Assembly: GCF_009914755.1 (NCBI RefSeq) | Contig: NC_060925.1 | Origin: the human T2T-CHM13v2.0 reference genome, Homo sapiens | Reading direction: 5' to 3' (one strand) | Length of the DNA: 64,000 nt | Shown here: positions 12,676 through 34,000 of the stretch, one piece after another | Numbering within the stretch: position 1 is the stretch's first letter | How the letters are laid out: each line of letters opens with the position of its first letter | The notes under the pieces: generated by a model | Told to the model about the DNA's origin: nothing | What the model saw: only the letters and a program-made list of their open reading frames with translations | Database searches by the model: none | Translations under genes and position numbers: made by a program

Positions 12676-13231
12676 TCTGTAAATAAAATATCTTATATTT
12701 GTTAATTTTTCTACCATTATTTAAATAATCATATTAAGTCTCCTTTCACCTATTTTAAGGAATAATAATTATATATTCCAAATTACACGTTTTTAATGCA
12801 ACTCACCAGGTCATGGCCATTAGATTATTAATGGGTAATTAGACATTATACATTAACTATTCCCTAATAGTTTGTTAGAGATTTGTGCAGCTGGAGATGG
12901 TCAAGTTCAATAGTGGCTCATAAAAAGCAGGTGGAAAAATTATTCATTCAGGGTCATCTCTGTAAAAAGGGACCAGTAATATTATCAGTTCAGGGACTGT
13001 GAAAAGACCTTCTGTCTTCAGTATTAACAGAGTGAACAGAATAGACAGGTTCCCAATAAATATTTCTTGAATAAATGAATAAAATGAGATGTATACACTG
13101 ATGCATACAATTTGAGGTTCTGGAACAACGACCATGCCTTACTTCATTTATAAAAGCAGAAATACTCTAGGCCGAAGGTCAGAAAAAAGATTGCACACTA
13201 ATAATTATCTGGCATTATTAGACCCAAAGTC

Positions 13232-16113
<2,882 letters not shown>

Positions 16114-16509
16114 TATCTCAAGTCTTCAAATAAAATTTTGAGAATGGTTTGAAAACGTGGGAGAATTTTTCTTTCAAATAAAAATAAATATTAAAAATAT
16201 ATACATCAATTTGTTTCTTTTTGACCTGTACCATTAAAAAATTGTCATTTAACTAGTCAATTGTAACCCAGAAGAAGAAAAAAAAATCTATAACATATTT
16301 GGGATTATTTAAATATTGGCTGTTAACTAAACTTATTCCTGTGGCTGTCGAAGGCAATCAGGGGCTGAGAAACCTGTGGCAGCAAGTCATTTCCTGAGTG
16401 AGACCTCAAAATTACTTTGCAGCTATTTCTCCAATTTCAAGTGTGCACACTATATGTCTGGTCTAAACAAACAACTAATATATTTTTTTGTTCTTGTTTT
16501 TTATTAAAA

Positions 16510-16760
16510 ATGAATTAGGGGAATGATCAACAGTGTCAAATACTGTTGAAAGGGAAAGCATCCAATCACCAAAATGCGTCCATTTCATTTACTTACGTGG
16601 AATTAATGAGTAAGCTTCTTGCAGCAGTTAGGGATGAAAATAAAACAAATTTGTAAAGACAGAATATAGAAAATAGAAACATTGAGTTTAGCCAATTCTC
16701 CCAAGGATGACTGTGAAACTTAGGAAAGGGATAGGATTCCAGTTACAGGATGTTTTGTTT
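16510..16760 (-). mobile_element. L2 fragment (may resume after the L1MA near 20165)
   Basis: GAATGATCAACAGTGTCAAATACTGTTGAAAGG resembles the L2 motif GTGTCAAATGCTGCTGAGAGG. Confidence 0.45.
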
Positions 16761-16789
16761 GTGTGTTTCTTTTATTTGTTGTTTATATG

Positions 16790-20164
<3,375 letters not shown>

Positions 20165-20554
20165 TTTAAATGAGAAATATCTGAGACTTTTAAAACCCTA
20201 CTGTGAAGTGAAGCATGGAGATATAGTAAAAATAAAGTCTCATTGTGGGGCTCTGAGGAGGGCAGGCTGGGAAGCATTGCAGATGTTGAATTTATGGGGC
20301 AGAGACATTTCTTTCATTTTAATGGGACTAGTTTTAGATGATGGTGTTTAACAAAGATTTATTTATTATTTATCAGATGCCACAGTCATGTGAATGTGAG
20401 AATACCTTTGAACAGACAAACTTAATCCCACTCATCTGGAATCTATCACATGGTGAAGTGATGACAAATTTGCTTAGTGTTACAATGAAATACAGTGTTC
20501 CACACAGCATGTGATAGAGGAATTCAGCCAGTCTCAGTGTTCATGAATGTCTTC

Positions 20555-20667
20555 TCTTACACAATGTGTAGCATGATAACTATAGTTAATAATATTATAT
20601 TATATACTACAAATTTCCAAGAGGGTATTTTTCAAGTGCTTTTACCACACACACACACACACACACA
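20555..20667 (+). mobile_element. Short sense L1M 3'UTR fragment ending in (CA)n
   Basis: GCATGATAACTATAGTTAATAATATTATATTATATAC...CAAGTGCTTTTACCACACAC; (CA)11 at 20646-20667. Confidence 0.6.
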
Positions 20668-20848
20668 TATAGATAAAGAGAACATGTTGGATGGTGAGGT
20701 GTTGAAAAAATGGAATGAAGGAGTACTTAAAAGTGATAAGATAGAAAAGTTATTTAGCTTATTTAGATAATTTAAGAATTCCTGAGCCAGGTAAGCTATT
20801 AAGTAAGCATTTTAAATGTCGTAGAAAAGAAAAACAAAACAAAACAAA

Positions 20849-21143
20849 TGTTTTGTTTTGTTTTGTTTTGTTTAGACAGAGTCTTACTCTGTCGCCCAGG
20901 CTGGAGTGCAGTGGCACGATCTCGGCTTACTGCAGCCTCCACCTGTCAGCAATTCTCCTGCCTCAGCCTCCTGAGTAGCTCGGATTACAGGCACCAGCCA
21001 CCACGCCTGGCTAATTTTTTTAATTTAGTAGAGATGGGTTTCATCATGTTGGCCAGGCTGATCTCAAACTCCTGACCTCGTGATCCGCCCACTTCGGCCT
21101 CCCAAAGTGCTGGGATTACAAGCACGAGCCACTGCCCCTGGCC
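20849..21143 (-). mobile_element. AluS with (CAAAA)n tail
   Basis: Alu body with small internal deletions; tail reads (GTTTT)n on the + strand. Confidence 0.95.
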
Positions 21144-21621
21144 AAAAAATAAGATTTTAAAGCAAGTGGTGTGATATGCTTTGATGCGTGTATGCAAAAG
21201 ATCACAATAGTAAATTAATGGTAGTGGGGAAAGTGAGAGAAGCAAGACTGAAAATCGAAAGCCAAACAGCAAGATGATACTACAGAAAGTTAGGCATAAA
21301 ATGTGAGCCTTTATAAGAGTTTTAGCATTTAGCATGGAAAGTTGTAGAAGTTTTCAGAGAAGATAGGAAATTAAAACTGATAGCAATTGTGGTAATTTGA
21401 AAGAATAATCGAGAGTTCTATGAAAATGGCTTATGTTTTTTAAGTGACAGACTTCCAAATACTGTTCTGGGAAGAGGGCAGACCCCTGTAGTTCATTCCA
21501 TAATAAAATGCAGAAGAGTTCATCTTGGTGAACTAATATGCATGCGATTTACTTTGACCCAGTTCATTCAGTTTGTTTTTAGAAAACATATATCTAAATT
21601 TCTTGCTTGGAGATAAATATC

Positions 21622-21672
21622 TTTTTTTTGTTTTTTTAATTGAGATGGAGTCTCGCTCTGTCACCCAGGCTG
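21622..21672 (-). mobile_element. Severely 5'-truncated Alu (3' 30 bp plus tail)
   Basis: T-tail followed by GAGATGGAGTCTCGCTCTGTCACCCAGGCTG, then non-Alu sequence. Confidence 0.85.
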
Positions 21673-21720
21673 TTTACATCCTAGGTCTCATTCCTACAAC
21701 CTGTTGTATTACATATTTCT

Positions 21721-22028
<308 letters not shown>

Positions 22029-22449
22029 CTAAGACATAAGCCTCTCCTCCATTATGCAAGTGAATTAAGTTCTTCCATTGCTACCCAGGCTCTAGAAACT
22101 GTCTTAGCTGTATTTTTCTTCATTCTACTTTATAGCTTCTACAACCCTATCTTCTTCTATGTTCACCCATGTAGTATGGAGACTTTTATGCTTATTGAAC
22201 GTCTATTCTCCTCTTTTTATTGTTATCCGGTTAGAAGACAGCATTTTCCATCTTCTTTTGGAACTAGTTTTGGTTACATGACCAAGTTCTGGCCAATACA
22301 ATTTAAGCAGGATTATTGCGTGGAGTTTCTAGGGAGAGTACTTAAAACAGATGGAGCTTCATTATCTTTTCCCTTATTCTATTTTATTTGTACATTGTTA
22401 AATTTATTTTTATCTAACAATTTTGTGCCACTAATTATTTTCTTTATTT

Positions 22450-22560
22450 AAACCATATTGTATTTAGGAGTATATTGATTTTCACCATTTTATGGATGAG
22501 AGAAAATAACAGAGTTTCGTATTTTGCTTCAGGCTTAACAACTGCTTGAGGTATGGATAT
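22450..22560. mobile_element. MIR core fragment
   Basis: CACCATTTTATGGATGAGAGAAAA resembles the MIR core CCCATTTTACAGATGAGGAAAC. Confidence 0.5.
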
Positions 22561-22909
22561 TTGGCAGGAGCCACTCTTTTAGGAGGAGCCACCAACTTGG
22601 ACCATGAGTAGGAAGACCATGCCTGAGGGAAAACAAAGGAGGCTCATTCCAGGAAGATTTCATCAAGCCCACACAATCGCCATGGTCTGTAAAACACAGT
22701 GAGAAATAATTCTATACCTGTTCTAGGTTACTTACAATGTTGAATGCTAACCAAAGCAATCATGTTTATTATAATTTCATGATTTCTCAAGAACCTTATT
22801 TATTGAAAAGGTTTGACGCCTCTTTCACTCACTAATGTAATTTTAACTGGGTCTGGGAATAAACGTATGTGCATAACTTGCCATTTTGAAATAGGGCCCC
22901 TGTCAGTTA

Positions 22910-24975
22910 ATTTTTACTTAAATTTTCATACAAAATAAAACATGTATAAACATTGTACACATCAAACTCAATGACTTTTCACAGAGTAAACAATTCACAC
23001 ATGTGACCACAACCTAGAACAAGAAATACAGTATTTTACCAATGATTCAGAAACCTCTGATACCTGCTTCTAATTACAACACCCTGTGTTCTCCGTGAAG
23101 ATAGCTAACCTGAAGTCTAACATCATACATAGTATTGCCTACTTTTGAAATTTATATGATTGGATTTATACATTTATAAGAATCAACCATGTAACTATGT
23201 GCTTTATTTACTTTAAATACTGTAAGGGATTCCATGAAATTTAACTTTAGGTAAATCTTTTGTATGTGAAATAAAACAGTATCACTTAGATTGTATATTA
23301 ATAACTATCTTCATTGTCTTGGAGTAGGAGAAGGATTTCTTGAAAAACAAGGCACTAATGATATAACGACTGCTTTAAATTAATTCATAAATAATATGAA
23401 ATTACAACTCATATAATATGAATTGAGATTGTAAAAAAGAATACACACAAACACACACACACACACACGAAGTGTTTCTACACATTTACAAAAATACTAT
23501 CAATTTAGTGGAGTTCATGTTGCTTTATATTCTTGCCAATAGTTGATATTTTTATTATTCGTTCTACCTATATATTATCTATCTGTCTATCATCTATCTA
23601 TCACCTATCATGTTCATTTTAGCCTTTCTGAAGGGCATGCAATTTTATCTTGACTTTAATTCACAGTTTGCTTACAAGTAATGATTAGTAGCACATTTTC
23701 ATATGTTGATTGGCCATATAAGCCATTTTCTTCAACATTCTGCTGTGTTATCTTTCTTATAGCAAGTATTCATATGGGTAGAGGTCTGTTTCTGACTCTT
23801 TATTGTATGTCATTCTTCTATTTGCCTAATCTTGACAAAACAAAACAAAGCAACAAGATAATCATCGTCTTAATTACTGTAAATTAATTACAGGTTTTAT
23901 TATATGGTAGTCTTACTCTTCCAAGTATTTTTAATTTTTGATGTTTTCTTGGTTATTTCTGTACGTTTGTATTTCAGTATACATTTAAGAATCTCTTTGA
24001 CAGTTCCTATAAAATTACTACTGGAATTTTACTGTGAATATATTTAAATTCTTTTGTTATTTAGACAAAATTAGTGTCTTTTCAATATTTAGTCTTTCAA
24101 TTCATTAATATAGTTAATTAGTTTATACATTAAGGTTTTCTTTATAGTCTCACAAAAACATAGATTTTTTTATTGTTAAACAGGCTTTTGTGGAATGTCT
24201 TCCTAGTTAATTTCAAATGTTTAATTATATTAAATATCTTGTTTATAATTTTATTTTAGAAAGGTGTTTTTCTGATAGACAGAAATATAGTTGTTGCATA
24301 TTGAACTTGGAGCCTGTAAACACATTTAAATCATTTATTGATTTTAATAACTTTTTTGTGTGATTTTTTTAAGCTTCCAATAGATAAAAGCATATCATCT
24401 TCAATAAAGATAGGTTTAATAAAATCCAATTTATCTAGCTTTTCTTTTATTCTTAGGGATGCTATATGTACTTTTACGTACTGGAAGGTCATAATGACAT
24501 CCCACAATATTGCCATCTAGCAGTATACTTTTTTCTAATTTCTATAACCTGCTATAATAATAAAAATAATTATAATTACAATAATTATTATAACTATTAC
24601 CACAACAGTTGTTATTTTTGCATAGGCTATAGCATCCAATGAAATAATAAAGAGGATCAGGCTATTGTCATACTTATTTTGGAAACTCTAGCTATGAAAA
24701 ATCTTTTAAAATATAGCCATTAAAAAAACTGCTTTCTATAGGCTATTTTGGTAGATATACTTAATCAGGTTAACTATGTTCTCATTTATTTCCAGCTTGC
24801 AGAGGACTTTTTATTTATTTGTTCCTTTGAACCTATTCCATCCTATCATTTTTCTTCATATTTTGGAATTATTGTATGAATTTTCCACCTTTTGTTAATT
24901 TGATAAATAACTTTGAAGTCTGACTGTTACATTCATCATGTATTTCAGGAACACATTATATATAATTATAATGTA
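22910..24975 (-). mobile_element. Ancient L1ME-type fragments
   Basis: Diverged antisense L1 3'UTR/ORF2 text, e.g. TAGAGGTCTGTTTCTGACTCTTTATTGTATGTCATT. Confidence 0.6.
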
Positions 24976-24980
24976 TTACT

Positions 24981-26613
24981 CTTTTTTATATATACTTTAA
25001 GTTCTGGGATACATGTGCAGAACGTGCAGGTTTCTTATGTAAGTATACATGTGTCATGGTGGTTTGCTGTACCCATCAACCTGTCATCTACATTAGGTAT
25101 TTCTCCTAATGCTATTCCACCCCTAGCCCCTCAATCCCCAACAAGCCCTTGTGTGTAATGTTCCCCTCCCTGTGTCCATGTGTTCTCCTTGTTCAACTCC
25201 CAGTTATGAGTGAGAACATGTGGTGTTTGTTTTCTGTTCCTGTGCTAGTTTGCTGAGAATGATGGTTTCCAGCTTCATCCATGTCCCTGCAAAGGACATG
25301 AACTCATTCTTTTTTATGGCTGCATAGTAGTCCATGGTGTATATGTGCCACATTTTCTTTATCCAGTCTATCATTGATGGGCATTTGGGTTGGTTCCAAG
25401 TTTTTGCTATTGTGAATAGTGCTGCAATAAACATATGTGTGCATGTGTCTCTAGAGTAGAATGATTTATAATCCTTTGGTTATATACCCAGTAATGGGAT
25501 TGCTGGGTCAAATGGTATTTCTGGTTCTAGATCCTTGAGGAATTGACACACTGTCTTCTACAACAGTTGAACTAATTTATACTCCCACCCACAGTGTAAA
25601 TGTGTTCCTATTTCTCCACATCCTCTCCAGCATCTATGGTTTCCTGACTTTTTAATGATCACTATTCTAACTGGTATGAGATGGTATCTCATGGTGGTTT
25701 TGATTTGTATTTCTCTAATGACCAGTGATGATGAGCTTTTTTTTCATATGTTTGTTGGCCAAATAAATGTCTTCTTTTGAGAAGTGTCTGTTCATATTCT
25801 TCACCCACTATTTGATGTGGTTGATTGTTTTTTTCTTGTAAATTTGTTTATGTTCCTTGTAGATTCTGGATATTAGAGTTCATCAGATGGATAGATTGCA
25901 AAAAATTTCTGCCATTCTGTAGGTTGCCTGTTCACTCTGATGATAGTTTATTTCACTGTGCAGAAGCTCTGCAATTTAATTAGATCCCTTTTGTCAATTT
26001 TGGCTTTTGTTGCCATTGCTTTTGGTGTTTTAGTCATGAAGTGTTTGCCCATGCCTATGTCCTGAATGGTATTGCCTAGGTTTTCTTCTAGGGTTTTTAT
26101 GATTTGGGGTCTTATGTTTAAGTCTTTAATCCATCTTGAGTTAATTTTTGTATAAGGTGAAAGAACGAGTCCAGTTTCTGTTTTCTGCATATGGCTAGCC
26201 AGTTTTCCCAACACCATGTATGCCATAGAGAATCCTTTCCCCATTGCTTGTTTTTGTCAAGTTTGTCAAAGATCAGATGGTTGTAGATGTGTGGCGTTAT
26301 TTCTGAGGACTCTGTTTTGTTCCATTGATCTATATATTTGTTTTGGTATCAGTACCATGCTGTTTTGTTTACTATAGTCTTGTAGTATAGTTTGAAGTTT
26401 GGCACTGTGATGCCTTAGCTTTGTTCTTTTTGCTTAGACTTGTCTTGGCTATATGGGCTCTTTTTTGGTTCCATATGAAATTTAAAGTAGTTCTTTCTAA
26501 TCTGTGAAGGAAGTCAATGGTAACTTGATGGGGACAGCATTGAATCTATAAATTACTTTGGGCAATATGGCAATTTTCACGAGATCGATTCTTTTTATCC
26601 ATGAACATGGTAT
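24981..26613 (-). mobile_element. L1PA (roughly PA7/PA8), 3' 1.6 kb, non-inverted part
   Basis: TATACTTTAAGTTCTGGGATACATGTGCAG 3' end; ORF2 C-terminal frames 25204-25434 and 25948-26244. Confidence 0.95.
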
Positions 26614-27247
26614 GTTAACTATCCTAAATATATATGCACCCAATACAGGAGCAACCAGATTCATGAAGCAAGTTCTTAGAGACCTGCAAAAAGACTTAGT
26701 CTCTCCACACAATAATAGTGGGAGACTTTAACATCCCACTGTCAGTATTAGACAGATCAATGAGACAGAAAATTAACAAGGATATTCAGGACTTGAACTC
26801 AGCTCTGGACCAAGCAGACCTAATAGACATCTGCAGAACTCTCCACCTCAAATCAACAGAATATACATTCTTCTCAGCACCACATCACACTTATTCTAAA
26901 ATTGACCACATAATTGGAAGTAAAGCACTCCTCAGCAAATGCAAAAGAATGGAAATCATAACAAGCAGTCTTGCAGACCACAGAGCAGTCAAATTAGAAC
27001 TCAGGTGTAAGAAACTCACTCAAAACCGCACAACTACGTGGAAACTGAATAACCTGTTCCTGAATGACTACTGGGTAAATAATGAAATTACAACATAAAT
27101 AAATAAGTTATTTGAAACTAATGAGAACAAAGACAGAATGTACCAGAATCTCTGGGACACAACTAAAGCAGTGTTTAGATGGAAATTTATTGCACTAAAT
27201 GTCCACAAGAGAAAGAGGGAAAGATCTAAAATCGACACCCTAACATC
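26614..27247 (+). mobile_element. 5'-inverted segment of the same L1PA (endonuclease region)
   Basis: Sense EN text ([25 protein letters not shown]); whole element bracketed by TSD ATTACTCTTTTT at 24975 and 27251. Confidence 0.94.
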
Positions 27248-27299
27248 GTAATTACTCTTTTTATATATTGATTGAACATAGGCTGAGTTTCCATTTGCA

Positions 27300-28900
<1,601 letters not shown>

Positions 28901-29759
28901 TCTTGTTCCTTAGTGGCTCCTAAACTCGTTTTGTTCCTGTGAACCTATAGAACTGTCATACATTTTGCTCAACTTCTCAGACTCTCCTCAGTCTTTATAT
29001 AATTAGTAAATACGGTGAAGATAAACTGAAACCAAATATTTTTCTTACCTCAGTGTCTTTCCTTTATCTTCAGGATTTTGGTCCCTGAAATACTTGTTAT
29101 GCTGGTGGTTTACTGTTGACTTCAAAGAAAAATGTCCTTTTTTTTCAGTTTTTCTAGTTTTATTAGTGAGTGGACTAGTGAGATGCAATGTTGTTCATTA
29201 TAGGCAAAATTTAAACCCTTCTGTACTACTCTCGCCTATGTATATTCTTGATCATTATATTATAGCTGTATTTATAATTGAAATCATAGAGCTTTAATTT
29301 AAATTTTACTTAAAGTTATTTCATTTTAATAGGAAACTTAAATTTATTTTCATCTGTTTGTAAAGTATATATATTACTTGCACATCATAATGTTTTGGTG
29401 TATTTATATGGTTTTTTATTTTGCTTTTCTTTTATCATTTATAACATATGTTCAATAATTGATTTAATTTTAAAAATCCAACAATTTAGGAAGTATTCAG
29501 CATGTTTTTACATTTTATTTTATTTTTTTAAATTTAATGACAGTAAAAATTAAAAACACACTTGAAATTGATTAACAATGTCAAAAAAAGTGCAGATTGG
29601 CAAAACAAAAAAATCACAGTGTCTATTTTTTTAAACTGTTTTTTATTATATTTCCCCAGTAATATGGAATATGTATATATATATATATATATTAAATAAT
29701 TTTGGTTGGGAATATGTTTAGTTTCAAGTACTAAAGGAAAATACTGATGGTGGTGTCTC

Positions 29760-30145
29760 ACCTGTTGAATATGGATTTGTAGGCAAAAATCAGATGTAAG
29801 CATACTATTTCAGAGCCATCAACATATTCTAAGTAGATATTAACATAAGCTTGAATTGACCCAGATAGCTAAAACCTGAGAAATAGGCAAAGGGAGGAAC
29901 ATTAGGAAACATCAACATTTCAGAAGTGTTCAAGGATAATTGGTTCCAAGGAAGAAAAATGAGAATGAGAGGTAGGAGAAGCTAGAGGGCATGGCATGGA
30001 AGCCAAAGATCTTTCCTAGAAGAAAGGAAATGCTAATATTTTGGTGCAGTGTTTGATTCATGCATCAAACACTGCATGAATATAGATAAAGTAAAAACCA
30101 GAAGTACCTCATTGGACTGGGATATAGGGATGTTACTGAACACTA
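29760..30145 (-). mobile_element. L2 fragment
   Basis: GAGCCATCAACATA, AACATCAACATTTCAGAAG, CATGGAAGCCAAAG and CATTGGACTGGG follow the L2 motif order. Confidence 0.6.
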
Positions 30146-31505
30146 GCAATTGAAAATCACATTTCTATATTTCGAGTAGTAGATTTACAATTTAAATTAT
30201 TTTACCTTTATTTACATAATTTTAGTGGCAAAGAAAAGCATATCTATAGGTAGTCACATATGCATTTTCAAAACCTGTAAGTTCTTTATTTCCCATACCC
30301 TTGTAAAACTCTTATTTATTGGCAATATGTGAGACATCAAAAACACATTGTAATATTACATTTTTATTTGGTTTGACATATTTTTATTCAAAACTTATGT
30401 ATGGCTTTTCTATTATGCTTTGTTTCCACATTAATAACATGTATTCAGATATACTACAATGTTTACTTCCTTTCAATGGTTACTGTATGTCTTTTTATAC
30501 TATAATTTTTTCCATTCTAAAATGCTTTAGTATTGCCTACTCTTATAAATAGATGGATTAAATCTTTATTTTTTCCCTCAAGAAATGTAAATAGGGGCTA
30601 TGTTCCTTCAATTGTTGAATCTGTTATCATGTATTTCTTTTGTTTTATTACATATGAATGGCATCTGGTTAACTTTAAAATCTAGGGATCACAAATCTTT
30701 ATTCCAGTCACTCTATACCAGTATTTTCTGATATTTAATATTTAGAGGTAAGTTATGAAGTGTCTAGTTTTTAAATTTTTCAGTAATTCTCTTTCCATGC
30801 AATGATGCTTGAATGATTTTTTGCCTATTTTAACTTCAACACTTTTAATCTCTAATTAGGAGAATCACTTTTGTCAGATATAAATGTGAAAATTATAGCA
30901 ATTAATTTTGATAGCTATTCTCTTGAGAGTCAGATTTACTCTTTATTTTTACAACATCCTCATAAATATATTTGAAATAATGATAGACCTAGTTAGAAGA
31001 ATTCAAGAAACAGTATTAAATGCTGAAAATAAAGTGATGTCTTAACAAAGGGCAATGAGAGACTCAGAGAATTTCTCTCTCCTTCTTCATGACTTACCTT
31101 GAATTGTTTCCATCATAAAAGTGGAAGTTAAATTCTAGAGCTAATATTGGTTGTTGCTGCTGTTGTTACTTTTAGGGGCTGTAAATGAGGTCTCTCTTGA
31201 ATGAATTCTACATAGCCTTGGGCTTTATGTAAGTAAGACTATTACCGCACTGCGTTGCTATTGTGAATTCCTAAACCAGGAGTCTTCTTTCCTTGTATCA
31301 TGATCCTAATTTCACTTATTTTCCTAGCATTCAATATATTATCTAATTTAACATGTGAAAAGTGTTATAAAATATACAATATTTTAAAACAACTGTAGAA
31401 TGCCATATATATGCATGTGTGCCTGTTAAATTTTATTTTTAAAACACCTTTGTACCTTTTATGTTGCTAAAGTAGTTATTGGGCACATATGTGGACTCTA
31501 ATGTT

Positions 31506-32335
31506 TGTGATAGACTGACTTTAAGGTTACCCCAGTGATCTTCTTTTACTGGGACCCTTATAATTCCCTTATGCCCTTAGAGTGGGCTAGACTCATTGAT
31601 TCACTTCCTTTTTTTTTTTTTTTCTTTTTTTGTCTCAATCTGTTGCCAAGCCTGGAGTGCAGTGGTGAGATCTGGGCTCACTACAGCCTCCTCCTCCCGG
31701 GTTCAAGAGATTCTCCTGACTCAATTTCCCTAGTATCTGGGATTACAGGTGCACACCACCATGTCTGGCTAATTTTTGTATTTTTATTAGAGATGGGGTT
31801 TTGCTAGTTTGCCCAGGCTGGTCTCGAACTCCTGACTTCAAGTAATCTACCCGCCTCGGCCTCCCAAAGTGCTGGGATTAAAGGCGTGAGTCACCGTGCC
31901 CAGCCTCATTGATTCACTTCTAACAAATAAAACATGGCAGAGATTATGGGATATCATTCCGAAATTAGGTTATGAAAAAATGGCACTTTCTGTCTTGGGT
32001 GTTTTCTCTTCTTTCCCTTGTATTGACTGTCTGAGGGGAAATCACTTGCCCTGTCATTAGGCAACCCCTAGAGATGCCCTTAGGATGATAAATCAGGGCC
32101 TGCCAATAGCCACATGAATGAGCTAGGTTGCAGATTCATACTATCAGTGAAGTATTCAGAAAAGACTAAAGCCTTAGCTGACAGATTGCACGAAACTTCA
32201 TGAGAAAACTTGAGTCAGAGACGTCTAGCTAAATTGTGTCTGGTTTCCTGTTTCACAAAAATCGTGAGCAAATGATGTTGGTTATTACGACCTGCTATGT
32301 TTTAGCGTAATTTTTCCACAACACTAGATTTAAAA
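31506..32335 (+). mobile_element. MLT1E/F-type MaLR LTR interrupted by an Alu
   Basis: TGTGATAGACTGACTTTAAGGTTACCCCAGTGATC...CTTCTAACAAATAAAACATGGCAGAGATTATGGGATATCATTCCGAAATTAGGTTATG. Confidence 0.8.
31608..31905 (-). mobile_element. AluS (Sz/Sx-like)
   Basis: Perfect 15-bp TSD TCATTGATTCACTTC at 31593-31607 and 31906-31920. Confidence 0.96.
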
Positions 32336-34000
32336 TATTTTTCTTATATTGTTCTCTCAAACTAAGTAATTATCCTAATCTTATATGCTGGGTTTGGGGA
32401 ACCTATCAGAATACACAATTACTAATTTTAATTATTACTAAATTATACTGCAGATAGAAATTTTATACTTTAACAAAATATACAATTTCAGGAGTGAGTT
32501 CCACAGAATAATAAAGGCAAAAATGACACTTTTTGAAGTCAAAATACTTATCCAAATGAATCATGTCAATAGATGATATCATGTAGCAAACCTATTGTAA
32601 ATTCAATTCTGAATACTGCCGTTAATTGACTTTGTTCTTGATTTCCCTTTACCATTTTAAATATCGCATGTTGTTTTTATTGTTATGTTGTTATTCAATT
32701 TTATAGAACTTCATCGGGGCTATGCTTTTTTCACATAATTAAAAATAGTTACAGTATTCTTAAGTTCTCTTTATTTCTAGTTTTTCAAAACAATGAAAAT
32801 GGTTATACTAATACATTTCAGGATGCAGTTTTTGTTTATTGTTAATAATAAATGTAAAAATATTTAATTTGTATATATTTTATGTGTCATTTTGGGGGGT
32901 CAATTACACTGGCAGTAGCTAACTCAATCTCTTTCTGAGGCTACACTAACACTTTAAAGTCATTGGGAAGACTATCACGTAGTGTCAAAGAAAAAAAAAG
33001 GAACACTAATTGTGATTTAGGATGATTCTGTGCTTCCAAATTTATTTTTATAAATAATTTTTATCCTATATTACCCTTGAAAGACAGATTTTTTCAGTGT
33101 TTATGCAGTTGCTTTAAAACAACCCAGAAGGATATTATGATAACAGCTTTCAAAATGTCATAAAATTTTAAAACAATATGTCATATAGGAAGCTCATGAC
33201 GTCAAAAAGTTCAGGAATTTAAAAGCTGCTAGACTTACTACGTGATACATGTTACAATGTTGAGTGACAAAAAAATCCTTGAAGATTTTTAAAATTTATA
33301 TTGATTTTAAAATGCATACATTATTAATTTTCAATTTCATTGGAACTAGAGTAAGTTAGACTACGTAATACAAATTATTTTTCTAACCGCATAATTTTAT
33401 AAGGAAAGCAGATCTTAATTTATGTTGAATTTCAAAACTTCCAAGGATTGTTGCATTCTCTTAAAAATCTTTAAGGTTTCAGTCACTGAATAGTCTTTAA
33501 ATCTTGGTAAAAAAAAAAGTATAGTACTTTGACTTATCCTAATATAAATCACTATTACACAAGAGACCAAGGTTTTTATGTGCAACACTAAGATGTAACA
33601 CATGTAGATATAAAATATTCTTAAGGATTCCTCTGCTTGCTACATACTAAACATGTTTGGTCATTATTGAGCTAACTAGGGTAAATTATCTAAAGTCACC
33701 AACATTGTCAATTCTGGGCAGAGAGATACACAGAGTTAAAAAGGAATACAATTAAGTATTCATCATCAAGGATATTTTCCACACTGCTGATCAGGCATGG
33801 AATTGAAACCATTTTCACAACTCAAAAAGATTTTAAAAAAGTGAAGATATTATTAATCTAGTATCAGTCCATTGTAAAGACATTCTTGTATCAATGAAAG
33901 AAAATTAGAGTTAGTTCTGGACGGGGCCTGAGAATGTCTCAGTATTCCACAAGTAGGCTAATTTTCCAGTTGATTACTGCTTAAAACAAAGTTTTAAGCA

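Noticed and set aside
12315-12717. CRISPR-like array or His/Tyr/Met repeat protein (ORFs 12371-12586, 12415-12717)
   Set aside because: Contiguous 11-bp tandem units with no unique spacers and no cas genes; the peptide periodicity is a by-product of the DNA repeat.
22170-22380. Possible LTR16/MLT-type LTR fragment
   Set aside because: Only one short motif (ACATGACCAAGTTCTGGCCAAT) recognisable; family and bounds unsupported.
26718-27098. Stand-alone endonuclease gene
   Set aside because: Partial L1 EN within an inverted L1 segment; lacks the N-terminus and a promoter.
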